64,000 bases of DNA from NCBI RefSeq assembly GCF_964355755.1, contig NC_092677.1:26461175-26525174 (forward strand), given 5' to 3'. The stretch is from Antedon mediterranea. Its lineage: Eukaryota; Animalia; Echinodermata. Each line of letters starts with the position of its first letter. Position 1 is the stretch's first letter. This document shows positions 23,849-38,400 of this stretch, one piece after another. Both the position numbers and the translations under genes were made by a program. The notes beneath the pieces were generated by a model. It was given only the letters and a program-made list of their open reading frames with translations. It searched no databases and had not been told where the DNA came from.

Positions 23849-25669
23849 ATGCGGTAGACTACACTTTTTTAAACTGATTGTTGGTTAAAACTTGCAATAA
23901 TAACGACCGGTTTATTTCTTGTCCTGTAACAAAAAAAAAATATGTTAATCATCAGTGACATCACGAAAATTAAGGCGGACGCGCGCGTACACAAAACGGA
24001 TTTAATTACTATCAGCTTTTGAACGCGCGCGCCAACAAAGAGGTTTAGCATCAGCGTTTGTACGCGCACATACTTTTGTGTACTTCTTCACATATCACTG
24101 ACGAATTGCGTCAAGTCAAATATTATATTGTACATTATTTTGTTATATACCATTTACGTGAAACTTAGTATATTAAATCGTTGTTTTTAATTTTGTAACG
24201 AAAATTATAAAAACTGACAGTAGAAATTAACAGTTATCCAGTAGACTTTACTTTTATACAGAGTACTGTATAAAATTATTTGTTTAATCAAATTGAGGAT
24301 CAGAGATCCCTCAGTGTAATTTACAGATGGACTGCATACTGCATGCTCAACGTGAAAATAAAAAATCAGATAGTTTAAACAAGTATTGTTTTATTAAATT
24401 ATACTCGACACAAGACTTAAATATTGTTTGTTCTCTAATGTTTTATCATACACCTTGTCGTCATGCAATTGTATACTATACATACATTTTAAGTATAAAA
24501 CGTCAAAATTGGTTATTAAATTTTAGAATGATTGCACTCTATACACTTCCATGTTTAAAATATATTTCTTATACATTTATAAACTGGAAGAAACTAGTTT
24601 GTTCATATCAATACCACATTCGGTAAATTCTAGTGGCATTTGTTCGAGACCTAAGTTTGCGCGTAATTTTCCGTAGCAGATTCATGAGTTTGTATTAGAG
24701 TCGGGCGCAGGATATATTTTGTTCGATTAATTAACACCCCAACCTAACATTTGAAATACTTGCCGGCGAAGATCGTGCCGCTTATTTTTGCCGCGCGGTG
24801 TATCATACATTATATTTCTCTGTTTATGACAAAGCCTCTCTGGCAGCCTTATGAATAGTTTCACATTATATTATGAGTTGTAATACGTGAACAAAAAACA
24901 GAAGTGAAGCAATTTAATTCGGAAATGAAAGTTCTTAAAAACTTTGTTACCGTACATAAATTGGCATACGATTACGACCGCTTTCAAAATTCAATTATTC
25001 ATAAATATTGTTGCTATTAATATATGAACTTTTTATGCCCGTTAGTCTCACAGAAGGTCGAAAACCAACCCTTTAGAGGAAAAAAATTAGAATAAAATAT
25101 AAAGCGCGCTCTAAAAATCCTGAGTAAGTACTTAACATAATAAATTCTACTACTGGTACAAACATTCAAAAAAATATACATGTGTAAATAGTATGTAAAT
25201 ATATGCAAATTATACTATAATATGCTAATAATATGCATACTATTGTATTCAGTTAATCTAACATTTGGTCCATAAATTTCTATTACAAATTTTATGGTCT
25301 CTTTAATACATTACTGTAAACTAAAGGCGAGATAAACACATTTATATTTATATATAATATAATTAGTTTTACTAAATAAATAATTTGTTATAGTGTATAT
25401 TTGTGAAAATATATATACGTCAATAGATCGGTTTAATTACGATGCGTTTAGTTACTATAAGAATAATTACTATTAATTATTATTATATTAAAGTGAACTG
25501 GGTTACTATTAAGATACTGTGGCTCGTATTCATCAATCGCACTTAAGTACTAAGTATTTCACTTAATTCAATAAATATTTATGTATTTTCCTTAAATTAT
25601 ATTCATTAACATAGGATTTTTTTTTTTAATTTTAAGGGTGTTTCCCTTAGCCGAAGTGTGATTGGTGAA

Positions 25670-25810
25670 TACGGTTACTAGGTTACTATTAGAGTACTGG
25701 GTTACTAGGTTACTATATTACTGGGTTAAGTTTAGAGTACTGGGTTACTAGGTTACTATTAGAGAACTGGGTAACTACTGTAGGTTACTATTAGAGTTGA
25801 GTACTGAGTT
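25670..25810. repeat. Degenerate ~27-bp tandem repeat
   Basis: ctgggttactaggttactattagagta units. Confidence 0.7.
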
Positions 25811-26268
25811 GCTATTACTAAAATGCAGGCACTTGAAAATAGTAGCCCACCCAGATATTGGTGATTGAGTTGGTCCGCATTTAATCACAGCCTAATATTA
25901 TAAGCTTGACTGTACTTAAATAAAGACAATAAATACACTATTTTATTACACGAATTGTTTTAAGTTCATTAAAATAAAAACAGGTCAAAAAAGTTAATTT
26001 TATTAAAAATAATATTTTGAGTTTATTAATGTCAATAAACAGTATAATTGAATAACTATTCGAAGTAGGGTGTGTAAGGGAGCTGATTGGTCAGTTGTTT
26101 GCCCTCCTACTTTGACGTCATTGTACTTTATGCTAATCTGCAAGTATTCCCAAAACAATACAACAGCAATTATCCTTTCCAACTAAACAAATTAGGAGGA
26201 AAAAATAAATTTAGTTCATCAACGAAAACCAGATATGTTTCAAAATCCGATTTTACACATTTATTTTA

Positions 26269-26385
26269 AGCTCTGTCTACACTATCAAACTAGTGTGCCC
26301 AAATATGGTAGTGATATGACATCACGATCATATATGGGCACACGATAATTTTGGTCACATAAAGTTTGATAGTGCAGACAGAGCT
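26269..26385. mobile_element. MITE family 1
   Basis: 22-bp TIRs; TTA target-site duplication on both sides. Confidence 0.88.
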
Positions 26386-26474
26386 TTACTCTGTAATGAT
26401 CAATTCAAATTTGTAAGTTTGCAAATTAATAAGTATGATATATCTTTGTGGACTAAATAATTATGATTTTTGTT

Positions 26475-29400
26475 TTAATAATGATCACTTATATCATCTT
26501 CAACAATGGCTAAAGGCGGGAGGTTAGTTGAATTAATTGAATAATCATACTCATCATCTACATTATCATACTGTGAAATCAAAGTAGACCGGCTTGCTTT
26601 AAATTCATCAGAAAACGTTGCTAAATTTGGAGAATCTCGCCATTGTATGACGGGGAAGTTCATATATATGTTTTCTTGCGCAGAAGAACTGCTACTTGTT
26701 CTAATATTGGCACCCTCTTGTGTGCTTTCTAATTTAGATTTCATTTCAGATAAAAACACGTTTTCTTCGGTAGGAGACGATACAGGAGATGAATATAAAC
26801 TCATTTTTGCGGCAACGGAACTCATTTTAGCAGAGTTCATTTCATACGCTGCTAACGTTGGACTTTTCTTTTTGAACGATCCCAATTTGATCGGTTTCCT
26901 CTCGCTAAAATTTGAAAATAATTTGGGCGATGAATTATCACTGGTTGAATTGTTACAGCTTATGTTTAGTGAGCTTATGCCCGGTGATACCGAGCCGTCC
27001 ATACATCCGTTTGAGTTCCTGTAACTAAACACGTTCTCTGACGTTTCCGGCGTTGGGGGCGGTGTAAATGGCATGATTGTGGCAGTTTGCGGTCCGGGAA
27101 ATTCAGATTTTGCAAATTCTGTTTGAACATCATCTACTTCAGTTTTTCCTGAATTAATCATTTCAAGTCGTTCTTGTAAATTTAAACCTAAAGACACTTC
27201 ACTTGGTTTACTTTTCTGTCGTACAACAACAGTATGTGGTCCTTCGTTAGAAGCATTATGCTCCATGGTTCGTTCCGAAGACAACACCGGTTTACCCTGT
27301 ATGCTAACATTTTCATACTCATTACTAATTTCTTGTAAAACATCAAAATCCGGAGACAAGGCTTGCGAATTGTATTTTTCGCGTAAGTTGTCATATTCCG
27401 ATAACACAGTATCTAAACTATACCGATTTTTTCGCGGTGAAGATAGAAATCCTTCAAAAGCGTCCGTTTGTTGCGGTACTAAAGGCGATAATTTACGGGG
27501 CCTCAAAACAACGCCCTGATGTGTTACTAAACTCTCAGGTTTATCAACATGCCTCCTGGTGTCTACCGGTGACAATGTCGGCCTTTTCTTTACAACAATA
27601 TCATTTGCTTCGTTAGATATTTTTAAATCATGACCAGAGTTTCTTTCTCCTGATTTCCTTTCTTTTTCACATTTTTTTGGCGAGACAGCATGTTTAAGTT
27701 TTTGTAAAACAGACGGTCGCCGTTGTTCTAAGCCAGTTTCTGCAAATTCATCATTCTCAATATTTACATTTGTTTTTTGGTCGCTTGTGGGGTGTGAAGA
27801 TAAAGATACTCTAGGCGCTGGTACAGGCCTTTGAGCCGGCTTAGGTGGAGGCACTGGTTTACTTCTTAACCTAGCCTCTGAAGAGTCTGAAGTTGCTTCT
27901 TTTAAGCAACTATCAACTGACCTTGGTGGTCTTTGAGGGGAGTGAATCTCCCCCGGTAAAGATTTTTGAAAATCAACTTTGCGATCATAAGACTGATCGA
28001 GTATTGGATCAGTATGAGCTCTTGTCCTTACTGTTGGCTGCATCGCCATGTCTCTTGGCGTAGCAAGAGGGGTTAACGGTGATCCTTTGTTTGATGTATC
28101 TGGTGTTTTTATTCCTTCATCAATCCACATGGGACTTGACATCCTACTGTCTACATCGTGCCAATGCATGGCCTCTTCTTCAACCTCAATGCTGTCATCA
28201 GGACTCTGTCCAGTTGCGGACAAGAAATCATTCGTTGCCGCTGCAATGGCAGCTGTCGTTACTGTGCTGTCATCTTCAAAGTAAGAGTCATTAGAACAAG
28301 AACGCCTTAACCCAGAATCTTCAACACATGAGATTGATGACCTCCGACGACGAGGCAATTTATCTGATTCTGAAATAAATGAAAGTTTTGTACAGTATCT
28401 TTCATAAACTAAAACTACAAAAATTAACAGGACATGAACAGCTTTTTTGGAGTACCATCTTTGATCAAGATGAGACATATCAAGATGAAAAAATGATATC
28501 AAGATAACAAGTGATATCAAGATGCAAAATGATAGATGAAAAGTGATATCAAGGTGAAAAATTATATCAAGATAAAAAGTGATATAAAGATAAAAAGTGA
28601 TCTGAAGATGGAAAAAATAAAGATAAAAAATGGTACAAGGTGAAAAGTGATATCAAGATGAAAAGTTAAATAAAGATAACAAATTATATCAAGATGAAAA
28701 ATGATATCAAATGAAATAAAGAAGACTAATGAAATAGACAACAAGTAATAAAGATAAAAAGTGATATCAAGATAAAAAGTGATAAAGGTAAAAAGTGATA
28801 TCAAGATGAAAAATGATATGGTTTTACACAAAGGTGATAAGACTAAAAGTTACTAAAATTGTGCAGGAAAGAATGTTACAAATTGGTTATGCTAATTAGT
28901 AGAGTGGTATAACAGAGGATTGACATTTAAATACAGGTGCATGTGTGATGTTGGTTAAACTGTACAACATAATACTGTTACTTCTGTTTACCTTAATTTA
29001 TTCGTAAGTTACAGGACACCTGCGTAAACCAACTCAGGATAGGAATAAATAGGAATGTATGAAACTGACTAATAATTATGCAACTACGACTAAAACTGTG
29101 CAAAATACCTGGGTGGCGGTCAAAGGTCATTTTAATAGCATTACCCTCGGTGGTCGTCAGGCTCTCAACACTACGCACTGATCGCAGACTGCCTTGTTTT
29201 CCTTTAATCACGTATGACGTCCTTTCTGGCGAATTCTCTCGCTGTGGTTTTTGTTTACCGTCTTTTTGCTTGAAACTAAAGAAATCTCGCCACGTTCCCG
29301 ATTTCTTGAACTTGCTTGAAGGTCGTCGACCCCTATATAGAGGCAAGTAGTGTTTTAAATTTTAGTTTCAGTAAAGAATTTAACATTTAGTATCGCTCTA

Positions 29401-32400
29401 TAGTTTTTGTAAGAAATTGGAAATAATTTTATCTCGCATTTGTTGGATGAAACTTTGAATAACGACTTTATTATATTTGGCGAAAAAATGTTTTTAAATT
29501 AATTGAAACAGTTTACAAGAAAAATAAAACAATCTAAAACAAATTCATTTTAAATTGCTTTAAATTTAATAACACATCCAAACCTTTTTAAGATTACCGT
29601 ACATACTAAATATATTTACACAACTACAAAACGTTTAATACAGTAAACAAATTGACAAAAATAAAATAAGACAAAAACATTACACAACATATTTACAACA
29701 TATAAATGATTGAACACCTTTGTGACAATTAATAAATGGAGAAGATGAGTTTAAGTATTTAAGTGGACGGTGATGAATTTGGTGATTTGGTGATTGTATA
29801 TTTTTTTCCATCATTGTGTTATGTAAATCACAGGTTTGATTGTTGTTATACATACAAATAAAGTGTCATTAAGGATTAGTGAAGTTCTCCCAAAACAATT
29901 TTAAAAGTGAAAGAGTTACTAGTCAATCTGATTTGAACCTACCATAAATGTATCTATATTTCTGCATTTATCGTTGGACGGTTTAGAGTTTTCTCTTTCC
30001 GTAAAAAAAACCCCTGAAATCTTATCTTTTAAATATAATTATACTTGCGCCTATACAATACATTACTTTTATATATTAAACATTTTTCTATGTAAATATC
30101 AAAATAAAGTAAGTTCATTTTTTGTTATTAACAAGTTAGCTCTTTAAATGGTAGAGTACCTCACCTCAATCAAAATAATATGAAAAAAAAATGTAATAAA
30201 TTATTAGTTAAATATTTATCAAGGCTTTTAGCAGTGAGAAATGTAATCACTGCCAGTCTCCAACCTAAGATCTACAAGTCAGGTTAACTAATCTAACTAT
30301 TCCAAAAGTAAGCCCACTGGGCTTGATCATTTGCTGCATAAAGACTAAAGCCCACTGAACTTCTCACATAGTAATAATAATATTTTGTTGGTTTGTAATC
30401 TTACGGAACATCAATGACAGTATGGTACTCTTGTAGTGCAGCCGGGCCACCTCCGACCTCTATGTATTTCTTTTCTTTATCAGGTTCAATGTTTTGAGTA
30501 CGTGCTTGGGCTTCTTCTAGTGATAACAGTTTGGTTGGAAGACTCATTATGACAGACTTGGGCCTTTGCATGTGTTCCTTTGCTACAGCAAGACCTAAAA
30601 TAGATCAATTAATAGTCATGAGTCACAGTGCAATAGTATGATAGACTTAGGCCTTTGCATGTGTTCTTTTGCTACAGCAAGACCTAAAATAGATCAATTA
30701 ATAGTCATGAGTCACAGTGCAATAGTATAAAAAAACGTAGGACTTTGCATGTGTTCCTTTGCTACAGCAAGACCTAAAATAGATCAATTAATAGTCATGA
30801 GTCACAGTGCAATAGTATAAAAAAACGTAGGACTTTGCATGTGTTCCTTTGCTACAGCAAGACCTAGAATAGATTAAAGTAACACAGGTCACAGTAACCA
30901 AATTCTAAATGACATGTTTCATCATGAGCATGATTCATTTTTTTTTTATTTCATTATTTTTAAATTAATTTATTTATTTATTATTTATATCTTTATATTA
31001 TTAATTTTTATTATTAATTTGTCAAGGCAATTCGGCCACAAGAGGTTCATCTTTTTAGGATCTTGCCTTCGTCGTTACCTTTTCAATAATCTCAATCTGT
31101 ATTAACTTTTGTCTTTTGGACGTAAATAAATGTCTTTTGAATTGGATTGAATAAATTTTAAAAATTATCCACTTTCCCAAAACATTTCATTTAATACAAA
31201 GTTATGCTTTACAAGAAAGAGAAAAATTCAACTTAAAATTATTTAAAAATAAATAAAGTATGTTTACCTGGAACATCTGGGAAAAGTTTATTGTTAAAGA
31301 TAAGATCCATGTTACGGATTAAGTATTCTACGACTACAGCTTGAACACGGATTTCCATAAATGCTGCTGCTCCAGACTCAATCTCTTTTGACCTTGAAGA
31401 AATTTAAACAAATTTTTTTCAAAATATGTGAAAAATGGAATGGATTTATGAATGATAAAAGAATTGAAAGGCACTTGGATATGATTGAATGTGTGGAGAA
31501 ACATACAAAAAAGATAGACAAATGAATTTATGAGTGATGGATGGACAAATAGATGTATGAATGGATAGATGGATGAATGAATGAATGAATGGATAGGCCT
31601 ACGAATAGATGGATAAAAAGATATATAAGAAGATAAAAATAGACTATTGTTAGGTTCTTTGTATAGACATTCTCTACAAGATACAACATACCTAAGTAAG
31701 TTAGGAGCCCAGACTATTGCTAGGTTCTTCGTGTTCATGCCTGTCTTTTCTTCCATCTCGGCCATCTTGGATAGATGCTTAATGAGATATTCTAAAGTAC
31801 GATAATGCGGTGGTGGGAGCTGCTGGACGGTGCCATGAATATGCATTAGGCGATTCTCCTCATCAGCTACTGCAACCTATCAAATATGCAAATACCATTT
31901 GTTATTTTATGAATATTCATTAAAAATTCTCGTCAACTACTGTGACTTATAATTATGCAAATAGAGTTTGTTATTTTATTAATATTCATTGAATTCTCTT
32001 CATCAACTACTGTGAATCATAATTATGCAAATAACATTTGTTATTTTATGAATATTCATTAAATTCTCTTTATCAACTACTGTGAATCATAATTAAGCAA
32101 ATAACATTTGTTATTTTATGAATATTCATTAAATTCTCTTTATCAACTACTGCGAATCATAATTAAGAAAATACCATTTGTTATTTTATGAATATTCATT
32201 GAATTCTCTTCATCAACTACTGTGACTTATAATTATGCAAATACCATTTGTTATTTTATGAATATTCATTGAATTCTCTTCATCAACTACTGTGAATCAT
32301 AATTATGCAAGCAACATTTGTTATTTTATTAATATTCATTAAATTCTCTTCATCAACTACTGTGACTTATATAATTATGCAAATAGCATTTTTTATTTAT

Positions 32401-35400
32401 GAATATTCATTAGATGGTTTTTACTGCAATTTGACACTTACTTTGGTACTGTAAATAACATTCAAGTAAGAAACCACTAAATCTATGCAAATTAGTATTT
32501 TGATTAAAAAAACATTTTTCCTTGCAAACTACATCCTATACAAAGTCAATTTGACCTTTAAAGCTTAACTCAATTACATATATTGCCAATTTCAAATTAC
32601 AAAAACTATCTGTTTCATATTAAACTACCAAAAAAAAAGGTAAAAAAAAAAACTTGTTAAAGACTGGTAATTTGAATGTGATAAAACTCACCGCAAAGCG
32701 ATCGTAAAGTTGATAAGTTAGTAATGGGTTTGGCAATTCCCTGAAGTACAATTTGCAAACAGCTGTAACGCAGTGTATGTCTTTTTTAAACTCGTCTAGC
32801 TCCGGCGATTTCTCGCTATCGAACTCATCCCGTAAACGATGGATGTTTGATGCAACTCCTGATAGACGATAGATGCCATCTACAACACCATATTCTTCAA
32901 TGAACTTTGTACATGCTTTCACTAAATCTGGAACTAAGATTTTAAAAAACATCGTATGAAATTATAGCAAAGATTTATTTAAACCTGAATTTTTACAGAA
33001 TCTAGTGCACAAAACTTTTGCTATATCAGAATTAGAACTAAACATAAAGAATACTTGATTTACCATCTTGAGATGTGTTTAAAAGATGTTCGCCTAAATC
33101 ACAGCCAAACACTCGTTCCCGTAGAATACCACGCTGCTTTAAACCGCCTTTTGTTGGTCGTTGAACCAAAAAAGAGCGCAGGAATGTGATTAGTTTTCCA
33201 TGCCGTCGCAATACTAGAAAAGAAAACACATTTTTTCAATTTTGTATAAAGAAGAAAAGTGTATAGCACCCTCTATTTTGAAGGTATATTTTAGTTTATC
33301 ATAGACTTCTATAATGGTTTTCCCATTTTTCTCTACATAATAACTCATTTAAAAAAATTTATATTTATAAATAAAATTAACAATGATGATACTGATTTTG
33401 TGACTATGATGCCAATGATCATGATGATAACCTACTTATATCAATAGTTATGTTATTAATAAAACTTTCAATACGAAATACATTCAAATGCATTCAAAGC
33501 TATATATCGTAGGATCAACATACAGGAGTTGATGATATCACATTCTCATAAATTAGATGTCACAGAAGTGAAACCATTAAGTCATTTCCATAACATGTTA
33601 TGAAAGCCACAAATAGATCAGGTCAAACATGACATACACATAAAAACATGACATCATACACATAAGAACATGAAATCATGACATCATAAACATAAAAACA
33701 TGACATCATACATATAAAAACATAAATTTTCTACCGTGTATATTACTATATAAATGATTTCATAATGGCACAATACACATGGGGTACTATTAATATGACC
33801 AAAATGGTACTTGAAAGGTTTTAAACTACATTTTGACAACTGCCCTGGTATTGGTATCTTTCCTAGAGAAACATAAACAACTGATATTATACAGTAAAAC
33901 ATGACATCATACACATAAAAACATGACATCTTACACATAAAACATGACATCTTACACATAAAACATGACATCTTACATATAAAAACATGACATTATACAA
34001 TAAAACATGACATCTTACACATAAAAACATGACATCTTACACATAAAACATGACATCATACACATAAAACATGATATCGTACACATACAACATGACATCA
34101 TACACATAAAATATGACATCTTACACATAAAAACATGACATCTTACACATACAACATGACATCATACACATGTAAAACATGACATCATACACATGTAAAA
34201 CATGACATTTTACACATTTTAGTCGTACACATAAAACATGACATCATACACACAAAAACATCAGACACATTGTAGTCTTACACATCATGATGCACAGTGC
34301 AAAATACACACAAAATAGTGATGCATTTGTTATTGTCTACCTTGCCTTCCTGTAAGAAGCATAGATGAAGAAAAACAGAAAGAAATACAATATTCACAAA
34401 GCAGCAATGACAACTCTACTATGAGTAAAATAAATACCATACTGACCACATCAATCAATTTGAATATAGTAGTATAACAAATTTAAATTCTTTTTTTTTT
34501 TATATGAACCAATTTTATTCATGCTTACACGTGCACAGCTCATGAAATCATGTTAAACTCTATACTGTGAATTTTAGTTAAATTGGTCAATTTGGTATTT
34601 AAAGCTTTGTCTACACTATCAAACTTGTTTGACAAAAAAAGTGTCATGTGCCTAAATATGGCAGTGATATGCCCAAATATGGTAGTGATATGACATCATT
34701 ATATCCATATATGGGCACATCACATTTTTGTTGTCACATAAAGTTTGATAGTGTAGACAGACCTTTATAGAATATTTATTTGCAGCAGAATTTCACTCAC
34801 AAAAATACAGACATTGATTAGTATGTTTGAGAAAGAAATTGAAAAAGATGATTTAAATGTTTACATTTTAGAATTGACATGAAAAGTTTAGAGATGAGCT
34901 CTGTACTCACCGTAAGGTATTAATCTATTGAAATAGCATATTAAATAACTTAACAAAGAGCAGAAAAGATTGCCACTAATAAGCACAGAAATATAGCTTA
35001 ATTAATGCAAAGGAAGCAAGAAAATCAGACATGAAAACATAAGGAAACTATTAATTAATTCCATATTGTTATTATTATTAGATTTGAAGTTTGGTTGTGC
35101 AAGTAATCATATCTACAGTACAGTGCATATCACACAAATAATGTGGCAATTACCGTATATCCTCGGGTATAATCCCACTTCGGGTCCAATCCCACCCCCT
35201 TCTTTATGTTTGCATTCACAAACAGGCATATCCCTGTGTATAGTCCCAGTATTGATTTTTGGTCTGGATGTAAGCCTCTCTCTTTAACCAGGCTTTCCTC
35301 GGGTACAGTCCCACCCCAATAGTTAGCCAAATTTCATGTTCTAGGGGGTTGGGATTATACCAGAGGATATACAATAATTGAATTAAATCACATTCAACTA

Positions 35401-38400
35401 AATGCACATATCCCATTGAATCTTTAAACCTCAATGTGGCGGTGTCAAGTGCAACAGACTGGACTTAAGATCAGATTTAAGACCAGACTTAAGAGAAGAC
35501 TTAAGTGTTTTTTTTCAATTGTATACCTGGCTTTGGTGTCTTTGGAATCTTGGATGCAACAGCTTGAGGTACAATATCTCCTATTAACTCCACACATTGA
35601 CTGGGAAAAAAGCCTACTTCAAAACCACGTTTGCCATGCCACCAGAGGGAGTCTTCTGCTGGAGGCATGTCAATTACAGATACAATGTCTCCAACCTAAA
35701 GCACATAATGATAAAATAAAAAGTTACTATCTGAATGTTACATTATTGATGATGATAGCGATATTGATGATGAGGATGATGATGATGATAGCAATATTGA
35801 TGATGATAGCGATATTGATGATGATAGCGATATTGATGATAGCAATATTGATGATAGCAATATTGATGATAGCGATATTGATGATAGCGATATTGATGAT
35901 AGCGATATTGATGATAGCGATATTGATGATAGCGATATTGATGATGATATCAATATTGATGATGATATCAATATTGATGATGATATCGATAATGATATCG
36001 ATATTGATGATGATATCGATATTGATGATGATAGCAATATTGACGATAGAGATATTGATGATAGAGATATTGATGATGATGATGATAGAGATATTGATGA
36101 TAGAGATATTGATGATGATAGCGATATTGATGATTATAGAGATATTGATGATGATAGCTATATTGATGATGATATCGATATTGATGATGATATCGATATT
36201 GATGATCATGGCCATATTGATGATGATAGCCATATTGATGATGATGATAGCGATATTGATGATGATGATGATGATGATAGCGATATTGATGATGATAGCA
36301 ATATTGATAATGCTGAAATGATGAAGACAATAATCATTGATGATTATATTGATAACATCAATATTACCACCACTAACCTGTAATGTAATCTCATCTGGTG
36401 CTTGAGCTACGTATCGCTGAATGACATGAGCAGCTGCCACGGCAGGAATATTGATGGCAGAATCATCACCAACGACTAATCTGTTGCCATGGTTATCAAT
36501 CTGAAAACAAAATATAATTTACACATTAGTATTACATAGCTTGATTTATGTTTTAGCCCTGGAGTGGTATCATACATTCATAGCTAATTTGTAGTCTGGT
36601 ATGTATCACATACATTAGATCATAGCCCGAATACATAGTAGTAGCCCAGAAGGCAATGTCTAGTCAACAATTCCAATCATCATCTGTTGTTTCTGCTTGT
36701 CTAGTTACATTTTAAACGCACACACTACAGGCAAGGGAAAAATGTAAACACTTGGTCTAATTAGCAAAACAAGTTAAATGGTAACTTTAAAGGCTTGGAA
36801 ATGTATATCTTGATATTATGAGGCTTAATGTATCTGAAAAGAAGGTTTTAAAAAAGAGCAAAATAAGTTAAATGCAAGACCATTAATATTCTTCTTAACC
36901 ATAAAAGTAGTTATCAAATAATATATGCAGATATAAAGCTCTGTCTACACTATTAAACTTTATGTGAAAAAAGAATGTGATATGCCCATATATGGACATG
37001 ATGTTGTCATATCTCTGACAAAATTAAGTATATCACTACCATATTTGGGCACATCATACTTTTTTGTCAAACTAGTTTGATAGTGTAGATAGAGCTGTAG
37101 AGATGAAAGTATCCCAATATCTAATAGCATTTACTTGGTATGCTCTGAAATGAGAAGCATTTTGATAGCCAGCTTTTGCCTTATAATATCTGCCGTAATT
37201 TTTAAACACACAACATCAAATGCATATTTTTTATGAGCAAACATTATTAATTTCATTTTATTTTAACAGATTCTCCCCACAAAAAACCATTTGTTATTTT
37301 AATTACAAATACTAGTATTTTGCTAGTACAGGTAAAGAAGAATGAATTTAATAAAAATTGGTGTGTGACATCATTATCATCACCACATTGGCCTGTGACA
37401 TCATTATCATCACCACATTGGCCTGTGACATCATTATCATCACCACATTGACATGTGACCTCATTATCATCACCACATTGGCCTGTGAGATCATTATCAT
37501 CACCACATTGGCCTGTGACATCATTATCACCAAGACATTAGCCTGTGACATCATTGTCATCACCACATTAGCCTGTGACATCATTATCATCACCACATTG
37601 GCCTGTGACATCATTATCATCACCACATTGGCCTGTGACATCATTATCATTACCACATTGGCCTGTGACATCATTATCATCACCACATGAGCCTGTGAAA
37701 TCATTATCGCCAATTACCGACATGATGGCTGTATTATTAAAACTGTTTAAATCAAAATATTTTAACAAAATGTGACCCATACAAATTTTTTAGTGTGAAA
37801 TGTATAAACGGTGTACACAAACAATGATCACATTTTGCATGGTGCAAAATTAATTAGGCCTAATGTATATATTTGCTATTTACCACATGGATACATTGAA
37901 TTATGACTAAGGCATGTTTCAGGTGTACAGTCCACACATCACAATCAGAGGATTTTGGTATTCTACTCTGTAAACTGTACTCTATACCCACTTTAGGATT
38001 TACCAAGACGTTCTTATGTCTCCTAACTTGGTAACAAGTAGGTATACTTGAAAAACCTGCACTACACAGCCATAAAAATAACAAGAATATCCATGTGGTA
38101 CAATGACTTTAACGTTTATTTATTATTTCTTTGCTTGGATGCATTAGGGAGAATTTCAAAAATATTCTACTGCAGTTACTGCAGTAACTATGCTTTTTAC
38201 TGAAATATACCATATGATTTAGTTTATTTCAATGAAGAAGTTTATGAGGCAGTCACTGTGTAAGATTACTCAAAAACAAAGCTTCATAAATAATTTGCAT
38301 CTAAAGCCCTCCCTCTGGAGAGCACGGGCTATTGTCGGTTTATACAGGTAAGCTAGGCACGATATAGACTAAATATTAAAGATAGTTACTGCAGTAACTA

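Noticed and set aside
26475-28520. 681-aa ORF as a standalone gene
   Set aside because: It is the terminal exon (from 28369) of the RhoGAP gene; the first ~50 residues are intronic.
33735-33862. Unique segment between minisatellite blocks with an acceptor-like site (GKIPIPGQLSK...)
   Set aside because: No convincing in-phase donor and no resemblance to ARHGAP32/33; the flanking exons join in frame without it.
34911-34948. Strong GTGAGT donor suggesting another small RhoGAP exon
   Set aside because: Both candidate acceptors (14-nt and 38-nt exons) shift the frame and give immediate stops. No support beyond the donor.
35434-36440. Long ORFs rich in M/I/L, I/N or H/Q/Y
   Set aside because: Stop-free translations of a GAT-based intronic repeat. 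Only 36378-36500 and 35527-35695 (minus) are real exons.
37348-37780. Regular 30-bp array (also the 20-, 60- and 80-bp arrays) superficially like CRISPR
   Set aside because: Head-to-tail repeats with no unique spacers, no cas genes, and a eukaryotic intron context.
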